Below, in pieces: positions 29,024 to 41,800 of a stretch of DNA of 64,000 bases; the stretch's first letter is position 1, and each line of letters starts with the position of its first letter. The DNA lies in contig OX597831.1 in the NCBI GenBank assembly GCA_951406725.2, forward strand, positions 18,972,001-19,036,000, given 5' to 3'. This DNA is from Octopus vulgaris. Taxonomy: Eukaryota. A program made the position numbers and the translations under genes. Below the pieces are notes generated by a model, which was not told the origin of the DNA, made no database searches, and saw nothing but the letters and a program-made list of their open reading frames with translations.

Positions 29024-29499
29024 TTTTATATATCTATATATATATATATACACGTATTCATCGCTATATATGTTATTTCTATGAGTCTGTATAATCATTA
29101 TTTGATATAGCCGAAGAATAAGCAGTAATATAAGTTTAAGGATTCTGTCAGGTCGCGCTTGAATGCTACTGGTAAAGTGTAATCCAGAACAACCTGTCGG
29201 CATGGTCGGCTCATCGACAACTGAACTGGAAACCCCACCAGGCTTAATGTGAGAGGAGGATGCCGCTGGACAACGTGCGGGAAGAACAATAAAACCTGTT
29301 AAAGGGTGGATGACGTCCTGAAGATCAACGGCCATCCAACAAAATGTCTGTATCCTCTTTTTCATTTCTTATATGTGTATATGCATATATTTACTTTCTC
29401 TCTCTCACTTCTTATATAAATTATGCTTTCAAAGGCACAAGTGAAATTTGACATTATCTTTAATATTTCACCTTGTTTCAAGTGAGATTATCTATCCTC

Positions 29500-29830
29500 A
29501 AATAAATGGGTGCACATGTCACAACTATTCCGCCATTATTTTCCCTCTTTTTGTTCCTTTCTTAATCGATATAGTCTTTCGCCGATAAATAATGTTGCCA
29601 ATGGCATCGGTTGCAATTTGCTTTTGATAATTTTGCGTGCGCACAAATTTCCTCGATTGTTTTATCTCCAATGAGTACGGGCAGATTGTGAATGATGATA
29701 TTGAATGAGTTTTTGTATCTTGGGTTTTGTGAGGAGATGTGACTGCTTTTAAATTTTGTGTGATTTTTCGGTTAACTTCCCTTAATGCTTGTATGACTAT
29801 TTCCTTTCTTCGCTTCACCCATTCGTTTAT
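29500..29830 (-). mobile_element. Very degenerate LINE RT remnant (also ~42250-42580)
   Basis: LKAVTSPH...ISIKKGTKRG weakly resembles the RT motifs KAFDS and I.KG.RQG. Confidence 0.3.
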
Positions 29831-32006
29831 TAATGATGGTGGGTAATGTCTTCTGCGGAGTGTCGAATTAAGTTCACAGAGTCTCCGTTTGCGGGGATTG
29901 GTATCCGAAACTATAGTTTATACTCATTTCGCTAGATTATAAGTTATATTAAGTTTCAATATATTTGGGTTGGCATGAGTTAAATAACAGGTATGGTTTT
30001 GATTCTGTGGCCTTATAAAATATACAATGTACATTGCCTTGAGAGACGATGATATTTTTTTTTATTTTAGATATGAGCACGGAAACCATTTGATATACAT
30101 TTTACTCATATTTAAATTACACGAAGGTTACAGTTACAAAATTCTAAGTATGGAGTACTCAAATTATAACAGATATTCCAACAGCTATAAACTTTTTAAA
30201 CACATAAGATATAGCGATATTAATGAAAGACATAATTGCTTTCGTCCGAGTTATTCTTTGCCACAGATTTTAAATACTACTCTGAAAGTAAAATGCATCA
30301 CAGTTTTATATATGAGGAAGTATAATTAATGTCACATTGAAATATTTTCCAATACCTTACTGTTCTCGTTAAGGAATCGCCCGGTACATATGTGCACTCA
30401 AATGTATGTTTTGTCGTAAGAGATTATATTTCATAATATAGTATCTCGTGTGGGGCTATTTATTATAGCATCTCTGTTAAGTGATACTTCACGATCCACA
30501 ATGCGAAATCGTAATTAATGTAGAATTTCTGGCTTTCTTACCATTATTGATTCTGCTTCTATGGTACCATCTTCATCGGGGTAAATACTTCGAATGCGAC
30601 ATTAAAAACAATTTGAAAATAAAAAAAAACAATGACGCAGTGAAAGTCGTTGAAATATCTCAGAGATATTTTAATCTATATTTAAAGCATACTGTGTAGG
30701 GCATTATTAGAATCCTCAAAATCACATATAAAATTGTAGACATTTGTAGTCCAGTCGATCTAGTTGTGATACAGGAATTTCGTTGTTCGGCTCATCTTTT
30801 TGAATAAATTTTTCAAATTAATACGCATATGTACTTCTAGTACCATAAGAAATATTTATGCATGTGTGAGCAATAATGTTACAAAAGCAGCTCTGGATAC
30901 TGGCTGACCGCTAACCTGTAAATGGAAGAAAAGTTTCGTTATTTGAGATTTAATAAAAACAATGACGTAATGTGAATTAGGTGAGCCTTTTTGCTAGTGA
31001 GATGTTTTACTGTGCAATCCTTATCACTTCCATTAATTTTCGAATAGCCTATGTTATTTTCGATGATATAAACATAAAATATATTAATCAGGGCCACATA
31101 TAATTTATGTTATTTATCAGGATTTGACAAGGTAGATTCCCCTATCAGGAGGAAGTGAATGTTGAGTTTTTTAAACATATACGGTATGTTTGTAGATATT
31201 TTTAATTAACTAACAAAACGGTTTGTTTGGATAGGTGCACTTTCTTGTGCATACCCTATCTTGTACTTTTATTGATTTTAAGCCCTAACGTTGACGTAGG
31301 TTTACTCGAATTGTTGCTAGATTCCATTTACACCCGCAGATGCTAACAATTGTTGGTGGTAGAATAACTACGGTAATTACCAAACCAGCAGCCTTGAGAT
31401 CATTGTTCATTAAGGGGAAACTACAGTATCCTATTCTTAAACACTTGCTTTTCAGTTATATACACGTAATAATCAGCTGTACCATTGAGCAACTTTTCGA
31501 TTTCAATTATATTTCGACGGGCTTGTAACCCCATAAATATTATATCATATGTATTATAAAGATTATACATATGGATGTTATCAAAATATATTCAAAATAT
31601 TCCTGTACGGATAACTCTAGCGCATTCGTATTATGAAACACTCAACGCATTCTCATAATTCTAATTCCTATGCTTACGGTGTAATTCAATGTTATTGTAA
31701 CTACACGGCCTCTTAATATAATTTTCTAAAACATAGAAACCATCTTTTAACTTTCTCAATCAAGGAAGGTTAAATAAATAACTGACGCGGGTATTTTACT
31801 GTGAACACTTCTACTTCAGTTAGGACGTTATAATGCACCCTTTTGCTTTCCAGAGGCTTTGCATTATATTTTATGCCCATGTTACCGTTATCGAAGTCAT
31901 ATTGAAATCGATTACCATACTATGTTAATAATAAAAACATATAGAGCGTCAATTACAACAGATAGGTAGCGAGAGTATTGTAGTGTATGAAAATGGCATT
32001 TATACT

Positions 32007-33765
32007 TCAAATCGATATGGTTGTCATATATTGAAGACTCAGCGGCAGTAGAAATACTTTGCTTGCTCCAACTATGTTCCAGACGAGCTTGCCCGACGGA
32101 GAAGTATTCTGAAAAATATTTCGAATTGTGAAAAATTATTTTCAAAAGCAATAATAGATTCTCAGTCATATTCCCATGCGAAAAATTATCCTCTGCTGAA
32201 TATAGAAACCATTATATTATAATCGATTAGAAATCTTACAAACAAAACAAAATAGATTACTCTTTACTGTTCGACTCTTTTACTTGTTTCAGTCATTTGA
32301 CTGTGGCCATGCTGGAGCACCGCCTTTAGTCGAAGAAATCGACGCCAGGACTTTTCCTTTGTAAGCTTAGTACTTATTCTATCGGGGTTTTTACCGAACA
32401 GCTATGTTACGGGGACGTAGACACACCAGCATCAGTTGTCAAGTGATGTTGGGAATAAACACAAACACGCACACACACATACATATATATACATATATAC
32501 GATCGGCTTCTTTCAGTTTCCGCCTACCAGATCCACTCACAAGTCTTTGGTCTGTCTGAGGCTATAGTAGAAGACACTTGCCCAAGGTGCCACGCAGAGA
32601 GACTGAACCCAGAACCATGTGGTTGGTAAGCATGCTACTTACCAAACAGCCACACTTCCGCCATTACGTTTATTTCACTGCGGTGGCCCCTATAGCCTAA
32701 TATTTACTTTTGAATTGAAAGAAAAGAAAATCGTAGCTAAACAGCTTTCGTTCTTTGTCCGCTCGATTGTTCCTTCAAGGATGATGTAAGGAAAATTAAT
32801 GATTGTTTAGAATTATTAAAGAAAAGAAAACTTTTTGAACCGTTAATTTCTGAATCGCTCATTTTAAATGGAAACATAACGAACACGATGCAGGGTACTT
32901 ACCAGGCATTTCTTAGAATGTATGGTTATGAAAGTGTACTTGCAAAACTTCAACGATTTCTTGAAGCACTTTTCAAATTCCTCGAAATTACTGGAAGGTA
33001 AAACCATAAATAAAAATTATACATTGCGGCATTCTTGCTTTGTTTATATTTTTATAAACCTCGATTCTGGAGCCAAACTCGACTTTCATATACCTTCTTT
33101 TGCATTGTCTCTCCGGCATATATATTCCATTACCTGTTTCAGTCATTTTGGACAACAGCCCAGTTGGACCGACGCGTTTAGTTGAGCAAATCAAGCCCAG
33201 GACTTATTCTTTGTAAGCCTTGAACTTATTCTATCGATCTGTTTTGCCGAACCGCAATGTTACGGGAACGTAAACAAACCAGCATCGGCTGTCAAGCGAT
33301 GTTGAAGGGGATACACATACAATTATATACTCACACATACATATATATATATCGATAGATAGATAGATATATAGATAGATAGATAGATAGATACGACATG
33401 TTTCTTTCAGCTACCAAATCCACTCAAAAGGCTTTAGTCGACCCTAGGATATATTAGAAGACACTTGCCCCAAATCCCGGTCAATCGCGTCAGACAATTG
33501 CTAGCGGAGATATCACGTTTCACTTGGTCTAGTTTAAAAACAAAATATTGTCTATATTTAATCGGACAAAGAGATTCGATATATTTATCAATGGACATAT
33601 TAGGGTTCATTGCCGTGATTCCATATAAATACATGCAGCATTTTCGAATAGATTTATAACAGGAAATATTTGTCAATAAGCGAGTGTATAAATATTAAGT
33701 AAATACTCAATCGAAAAGTACAATCATATATAAATAAATAAATAAATAAATAAATAAATATATAT

Positions 33766-33842
<77 letters not shown>

Positions 33843-35018
33843 TATATACATACCTACATACATACATATATATAAATATTATACATATATAAACACTTAT
33901 AAATTTAACTATAATTACCTGCAATATAACTCTGGATTCAATACAGGGTCTGCATAGGTAGAAGGGCATTTACGTCTTGCAGATTGAAGGCATTCCCATT
34001 TAAATGATATTACGCCTAAAATATGTGAGGTTCCTCTTGAAAATTTTTTAAGATTTTTCCGAAATTAATTTTTTTGTTAAATTACAAATCATTTCCATTT
34101 TGATAGGCATTCATATGATACATATTATACTTGTGGGTGTTTGATGTTCTGTTCTGTGTATTTTTGAATGTGGTGAAGATATTTCAATATAGTTCTTACC
34201 GTGTATTATGTAACTATAATTACCTGCAGAATATCTTTGATCGAGGGTCTGCATAGGTAGAAGGGCATTTACGTCTTGCAGATCCAAGGCAATCCGGTTT
34301 CGCTGTCATTACGCCTAAAATATGAGGTTTCTCTTGAAAATTTAAAAAGATTTTTCCGGAATTAATTTTTTTGTTAAATTACAAATCATTTCCTTTTGAT
34401 AGGCATTCATATGATACATATTATACATGTGGGTGTTTGATGTTCTGTTCTGTGTATTTTTGAGTGTGGTGAAGATGTTTCAATGTAGTTCTGACCGTGT
34501 ATTTATCACAATTTATACTGTGTTTATCAGCTCACATAAGTACGCCACTTTACAGGAAACACGCCTCGTATCGAATGTCCTCGTTCATCACGTTTCTCAC
34601 TCCGATACATAATGGTGTTTGGAAATGGCCTCCATTTGTTTACCAGGATTATTATCGATAATATTCAGTGTTCGTTGTATAAATTGCGGTATCTTAACGC
34701 TTTCTACTGGAGTAATATTCCATTCAGGGTCTACCATATCGGATTGCAAATGTAATTCAGTTGCTTGTACAACTGCGTGTTCACAATGGGAACGACAGAA
34801 TGAGCTCTCCGTTTTGCCCTTGTAACAATCTTGTTCCGTCAATTTGGCTGCTTCACAAAGACCTCGAAACAACTTCACCACACATTTTTAATGGCCCTGT
34901 TCAGATACTTATCACAATCTTGTTACTTGGACGTGGTATAAGAAGTTTTATATTATGAACACAACTCATAAACCAAAATATTTTGATTACAGATATTGTT
35001 TTATAAAGTTCTCATATA

Positions 35019-35086
<68 letters not shown>

Positions 35087-38000
35087 GCTGGTTGTTATCA
35101 TGTAGAATATGTATATATACAAATTAGCAAAGAACGTAATAAAATGTTTCTAAAGAAAGAAAAGAGTTAACTCCTCTAAAGTTGAATTATCAGATAACGG
35201 AATATTTGTTACCTTTTGGAAGAATTATTTAATAATAAAAGCTAATGACTGAATTCTGTGGAAAAGTTTCTATTCTATTTGGCAACGGATTTCTTATGAA
35301 CATGTTTAGATGTTTCCATTAACACGCAAGTAGTGAGCGGTGTTCCGCCGGGCACTGTTTTGGGTTCCACTTCTGTTCATAATGGCCCTCTCAGACATGC
35401 CCTCAGCCACGCAGAGAGCCACGATCACTAGTTATGCAGATGATACAAAAGTTTGACAGGCAATACAGAACCCTGAGGACACTAAACGCCTGCAATGTGA
35501 GCTGGACAAAATATACAAGTGGGCTGAAAAGAATAGCATGCAGTTCAATGCTGAAAAGTTTCAAGCTTTATACTATCAGCATGCAAAACTAAATGCAATA
35601 CCAAATGAATACACTGAACCCGGAGGAACTGCAATCCCAGAGGCACAATCAGTGCGTGACCTGGGTATTTACATGAGTGATGACGCAACCTTTCGTGTAC
35701 ATGTTGCTAAATTGGCAATTGAAATGTAGGCGACTGGCCGGATGGATTCTCAGAACCTTTAGAACAAGAGAACAAGAAACCATGATGGTCCTCTGTTGGA
35801 CACTTGTCCTAAGCCACTTTGACTATTGCTCTCAGCTATGGTCACCATCTAGTGTCAAGTTGATCACAGAACTTGAGGCGATCCAACGTAGCTACACGAA
35901 GAAGATAGCCTCTGTGCAGAATATAAGCTACTGGGAAAGACTCAAGAGATTAAAACTCTATTCCTTGGAGCGTAGGCGAGAAAACTATGCCATAATATAC
36001 ATCTGGAAGATCCTGGAAGGACTTGTCCCAAACTTTGGCATCGAGAGTTACACAAATGCTAGAACTGGGCGCCACTGCATGGTGCCTAGGACTCCAAATT
36101 TGCCATCAAGATGTAGGACAAGATACTGTGATAATCTGGGCTTCCGAGGACCACAGCTCTTCAATATCCTCCCGAATAACCTAAGAGAACTGCATGGGTT
36201 GTATGCAGATGTCTTTAAAATGAAACTGGATCTCTTCTTGTCAGGTATCCCAGATGAACCAACTTCACGGCAGGAGGTGCAGATGAGGGCAGCTGCATCG
36301 AACTCTCTCATGCACCAAATGGCAGTTGCTAAAATGCATTCGTGAAGTAAAACCATGTAGCAACACCAAATGGCTGTGCCCCAGCATGGCCACAGCTCGT
36401 GAGCTGAAACTAGAATCAATCAATCAATCAATCATATATATAACACTTGTTTCATGGGTGTGCGGTAATAAGTTTGCTTTCCAAACACATGGTTTCATAC
36501 ATCCGGCCTTGTACGTGGAACTTGACTGTCACTACATAAAACTGGTGATTTCGTAATGCATTAAAGAACTCGTTTATTTAAACATTGTAAATCTGTAACA
36601 ATTGCAAATGATAAAATGTGAAAAGGGGAATTTGTTGGAATTTTATTGATTAATATATCACTTTGCAAAAAAAGTACAAGGTCACTGTGTCCATTCTTGG
36701 CCCTCTAATTGATAAAAATGGCACTCTACAAGAGAATGTCGAAATCATGTGTGAGATACTACAGAAACAGTACTGCTCTGTTATCAGCAATCTCAATATG
36801 GCCTATCTGGTCTGTATCAGTCAGGTTCATCTTCAGCACACCCAAGACTTGGCCCACGTGCTATCCACCCACAACATAAAACATACTCGCAGCACAAAAC
36901 ATTATTAGGGCACATTTATGTTACCTCAATTGGACCCGGTCCCTCTAACATTATACTAAAACACATGAAAGCAGAAACAGTGACCATCCAGTTTAAGACG
37001 TCTTCGGACAAATTTCTCCAAGAATTATAGGATAAACCTCATACACTCGGATATGCCTCTGTAAGTAATAACTCTATTTTCGAATGGGCCATGTATGTAT
37101 GTATGTACGTATGTATGTATTTATGTATGTATGTATATGGAACAAAAACGTAATAGAGGACAATAAAACATTCGGACAGATAGACTGGAGAAAAAAACAA
37201 TTAGAACAACAGGAAAAAAGACGGGCCATTTGTGGCCTTATTTCATCAGCCAAGTTTACCAGATGTCCTTACTGCTTCCCGAAATTACATTTGAGACATT
37301 TCGATCTGGTTGCCCCCAAAAGATTCTTAGCTAAGTGAATTAGATATTTTTGGAAGAAAGTTAGCGAATGTGTACGAAAACAAAGACAAAAAAAGGAGAA
37401 CATGGTATGCAATTTCAAATACAACCAACATGAAATTAGCAACAGGTGTCTTTCGATTTAGAACGAATCCAATTGAAGTGGCGTGCATGAAGTGAAAGCC
37501 TAAAGGCAGGAACATAGGAGATGGACACAAGAGGTGTTGGCGGTCGGCATTCAGGCCAAGAAAGAAAGATCATGGCTGGCCAGACACCGGCCACTTGGAA
37601 GGAGGAGAGAGGGGTAGGAGGCAGCGGGATTGAAGGATTAGCGAAAATCAGCATTCGGACAGACAGATGATACAAAGGCCGACAGGAGAAACAACATTTA
37701 GGTCAGAAAATAAAGAGAGTCATTCGCGTCCTTCTTTCATCAGTCAAGTTTACAAGTGGTCCTCATTTTTTCGGACACAACAAGGTGTCCGATTAGTATT
37801 TGCGAGGAGAGGTCATCGCTTCTATCTATTCCTGGTCTTACGTGATACATACTAGCTAGTCATTAACATGCGCTAAGGACGGGTAACCACCCGGAACCTC
37901 GAGTCTGTGTGTATCACGTAAGGCTAGAGATGGGAGCGTTGACCTTCCCTCGCAAATGCTAATCGGACACAGAATGTGTATCGTTAGCTAACTGGAGGAA

Positions 38001-38590
38001 ATGTCTTCAAGGGGCTATAAACGCCAGTATCACTATCCCGTATGTGACTTCACCTTTGGCTGGCAATTCTGTATTGTTACGATCCTGTATTGCTACAGGG
38101 TACATCTTGCTCGGATATTTAATCTAGATTATTTCTCCACTTTCGAGATCAGCGACGGTTGGTCGCTGCAGAAAGCATCTGGTATTTTGCGAGTTGGGTG
38201 AGTTTTCATCACTAGCTTCCGATGAACACATGCTGATGACGGGTAACCACCTAGAAACTCAGGTTCGGGTGTATCACTAAGGGTAGGGAGGGGAGCGATG
38301 ACCATCCCTCGCAAATTATAATCGGAAACAGAATGTGTTGTTAGTTGGAGGAGACGTTTTCCTGGAGCTATAAACGCTAGTAGTACAGACCCGTAGGGGA
38401 CGCCGCACTTGGTTGGCAAATATATGTTACGTTTCAGTAATGCTACTGTTTGCAGATTTAATATAGCTATGCGTGAGCGGCTGTGTGTGTGTGTGTGCGT
38501 TGTGTGTTTGTCTAAATATGTTTGTCAGTATGGATGTATGTATGTACGTATGTATGTATGTATGTATGTATGTATGTATGTATGTATGTA

Positions 38591-38643
<53 letters not shown>

Positions 38644-39325
38644 ATGAATGAATGAATTCATGTGTGCATGCAAGAATAAGGAGAATTAAAAAATGGTTGA
38701 TGCAAAATGTATATAGTACTCCATCCCGTATATTTTGCGCACAAATACGAACAACTATTGCCATTGAGCGCATAAGAGAAAGTAGATTATTGGAATCACT
38801 CGTCCTGGTCTGTTTGTTTACGCATTTACAAAATCCTTGCCAAAAAACGGTTCAATGGATATTCATGAAAATCGGTAAAACAAACTCAGTGGTTGAGTGG
38901 TTCGAAGTGATGATATGTTGGCTTAATTATCTTCAAACATGCATAATGCATACATACATTTGCGACTGCGTGTGAGCCTGTGTGTGTACAGTGATGGATT
39001 CGAGTCTTTCGTTTATTTACCAGTTGATTTTTGAATTTCAGAGGAGTATGCTTATCATGGTGATACTTAAGACACAAAAATTAAATGGAACTTACAAATT
39101 TCCCGATAAGCAAGTTTAATGAAACCTTTCCAAATCTTCATTCAATTCAATTAAAAATCATGGATAAGCAACGCATTGTAAACCACATGATAACTGGCCA
39201 AAATATTTTATCTGAGTGCAGGGTTTGCATCTCACTTCTAGTGCCTATTTTTTTCTCATTATAAATTAATTTCCATAAAGCTACTTACGGGAAATGAGGA
39301 AGACGAAGACGATAAAATGCTTCAT
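32007..39325 (-). CDS. Copy C: small secreted, probably GPI-anchored six-Cys protein (105 or 107 aa; two alternative exon 2s)
   Basis: Exons 39289-39325, [34224-34314 or 33919-34015], 32903-32990 and 32007-32108, all GT-AG with phases 1-2-0. MKHFIVFVFLISR-[VMTAKPDCLGSARRKCPSTYADPRSKIFC | VISFKWECLQSARRKCPSTYADPVLNPELYC][63 protein letters not shown]. Confidence 0.85.
35312..36433 (+). mobile_element. 5'-truncated CR1-like LINE in intron 1 of copy C
   Basis: SGVPPGTVLG, YADDTK, MQFNAEKF, VRDLG, DYCSQLWSP, LYSLERRR; (aatc)n tail. The site is empty in copy B (~23515). Confidence 0.9.
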
Positions 39326-39974
39326 TGTCTAATTTCGTGACGAATATCTTCGTAGTCTGGCGATTCGCATCGTGGAAACATATGTTATAATTAAATATGA
39401 TGTGACATATGTTTCAACTGACAGAGACAGCTTGTGAATGTGATCAATGACATGCAATGTCATAATACATTCTCCTATGTTTATTCTTCTACTTTCACGA
39501 GCCCCACAGTTGTGTAAAAGATAGTTTTACATAAATCTGTGATATTTGTGTGCACCCGTACTTCGTGAACGAAGAACAAATTTCGTTTCTAATCTAGGCA
39601 CAACGCCCGAAATTTTAGGAGAAGGGATCAGCTGATTAGATCGACTCCGAATAGATGAAAGGCAAAGGCGACCTCGGCAGAAAGGAAGGAGAATATTACA
39701 AATACGTTTTCAGCCTAAATTTAACAACTATTATTTATCTATTTTTGAAGGAAACATTTCATGAATTTCTTACACGTCTACGTCTTTGGAGAGCATATAT
39801 ATTCATGTTTCAATTGAGAAAATGTCAGATGACATGAAGAAATGGAAGCCATTTGACAATTAGGTCCAAATTTGGGGACGAGACAAGCTATTCCAAACTT
39901 TTCTTTCTCCACTAATTGCCTTCTCATTGCCTCACCTCCACATACTTATAATTGCTTTCTAAAAATTACACATT

Positions 39975-40026
<52 letters not shown>

Positions 40027-40028
<2 letters not shown>

Positions 40029-41625
40029 CCTTCACTGCCACCTTCACTGCCATAACCTTCACTGACATAACCTTCACTGACATAACCTTCACTGCCACCG
40101 ACATCGTAGCAGCAATAAATGAGGTCAAACATTACTCTGCTGTAGGCCCTGATAGATTTCCCGCTAGTCTCCTGAAGGAATGTAGATATCAACTTGCAGT
40201 CCCTCTGACCAACCTCTGGAGAAACTCGTTAGACGCAGGTTATATACCGAAACAGTTTCTATCCCAGTCGGTCATCCCGGTTTTCAAACAGGGAAACAGA
40301 TCCCTCGCAGCAACTATCGCCCAATCCCACTCACCTCCCACATCATTAAAGTGTTTGAAAGAGTGTTAAGATCAAGGATAGCTGACTTCCTGGAGACCCA
40401 CAAACTCCTAAATTCAAATCAGCATGGCTTTCGCTGTGGCAGGGACTGTCTAAAACAGCTCTTACACCACATTGAAGATGTACTCAAAGCCTTGAGAACA
40501 GGTTCGAACTCTGACGTCATATATCTTGACTTCAGTAAAGAGTTCGACAGGGTTGACCATAACATCCTACTCTCAAAATTGGCAAATGTTGGAATCCGTG
40601 GAAAAGTTCTACACTGGATTCAGTATTTCCTGGCGAATAGAACACAACATTTTGTAGTTGATGGAGTCCACTCAAACCCAGCAAAAGTCACCAGCGGTGT
40701 TCCCCAGGGAACTCTTTTGGGTCCGCTACTCTTCATAATTTACGTAAACGATCTTTCCAGTGTCGTACATCACTGCAAAGTGAAAATATTCGCTGATGAC
40801 ACTAAGCTCCAGCAAATCGCCAATGAAGAAGCAGACCGAACTCAACTCCAGTCTGATCTATATGCTGTGAGTCAATGGGCAGACAGAAACAAAATGCAAC
40901 TGAATGAGGGAAAATTTGAGCTGATGCATTTTGGAAGAAATTCCTCACTAAAACAACCATACTCTCTTCCTTCAGGGCCACACCTTGAATACTGCTGCCC
41001 ACTGTGGTCTCCTCACACAAGACAAAACATCTCCAGAATTGAGTCACCCCAGAAGGCTCTCACTAAACAAATTGAAGGCATGGCTGCTCTCGATTATTGG
41101 GATCGCCTTAAAGCCTTGAAACTTTACTCCTTCAAGCGTCGCCGTGAGCGGTACATCATTTGTACGATGTGGAAAATATACCGCCAACTTTGTCCAAACG
41201 ACCTAAACATTAGCTTCAAGATTCATCCAAGATTTGGACCACGGGCCTATACGTCCCCTGCCAAATTGAAGATCACAACATACATGTACACTGCAACATA
41301 ATTTCTTTTCCTCAACAGGCCCTGCCCTATTTAACATTGTCCCGAGGGAGATCAAAGAGGAAAAGGATCCCATCAACTTTAAACAGAGTCTGGATAGATT
41401 CCTTCAAAGAATACCAGATAAGCCACCCATAATTGGATACAACTCACCCAACAAGAACTCACTACTTGAACAAAACTGGATACAACTCACCCAACAAGAA
41501 CTCACTACTTGAACAAAACTTGACTTAAACAGGGTTCGAATAATCCTATCAGGTGGTGCTATTAAGTTAGACATGGCCTGGACCAATCTTTGGTTGAAAC
41601 TATCTAAGTTTTATCTAAGTTTTAT
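40027..41625 (+). mobile_element. CR1/L2-like LINE, paralogue of 27118-28760
   Basis: ORF 40351-41301 with GVPQGTLLGPLLF and FADD. Two 43-bp repeats in the 3' UTR. Confidence 0.9.
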
Positions 41626-41687
41626 ATTTATACACGTATTCATCGCTATATATGTTATTTTTATAATTGCTTTCTAAAAATTACACA

Positions 41688-41800
<113 letters not shown>

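Noticed and set aside
31770-31919. EVEVFTV resembling a TLDc-domain C-terminus (IFI44-like)
   Set aside because: No upstream TLDc motifs or exons were found, and it lies behind the stop of the six-Cys gene. Kept only as a possible alternative tail.
31912-32169. ORF-track frame EYFSVGQARLEHSWSK... (also 44638 and 55933)
   Set aside because: Overlaps exon 4 in another frame, is incompatible with the phase-0 exon-3 donor, and has a stop in copy B.
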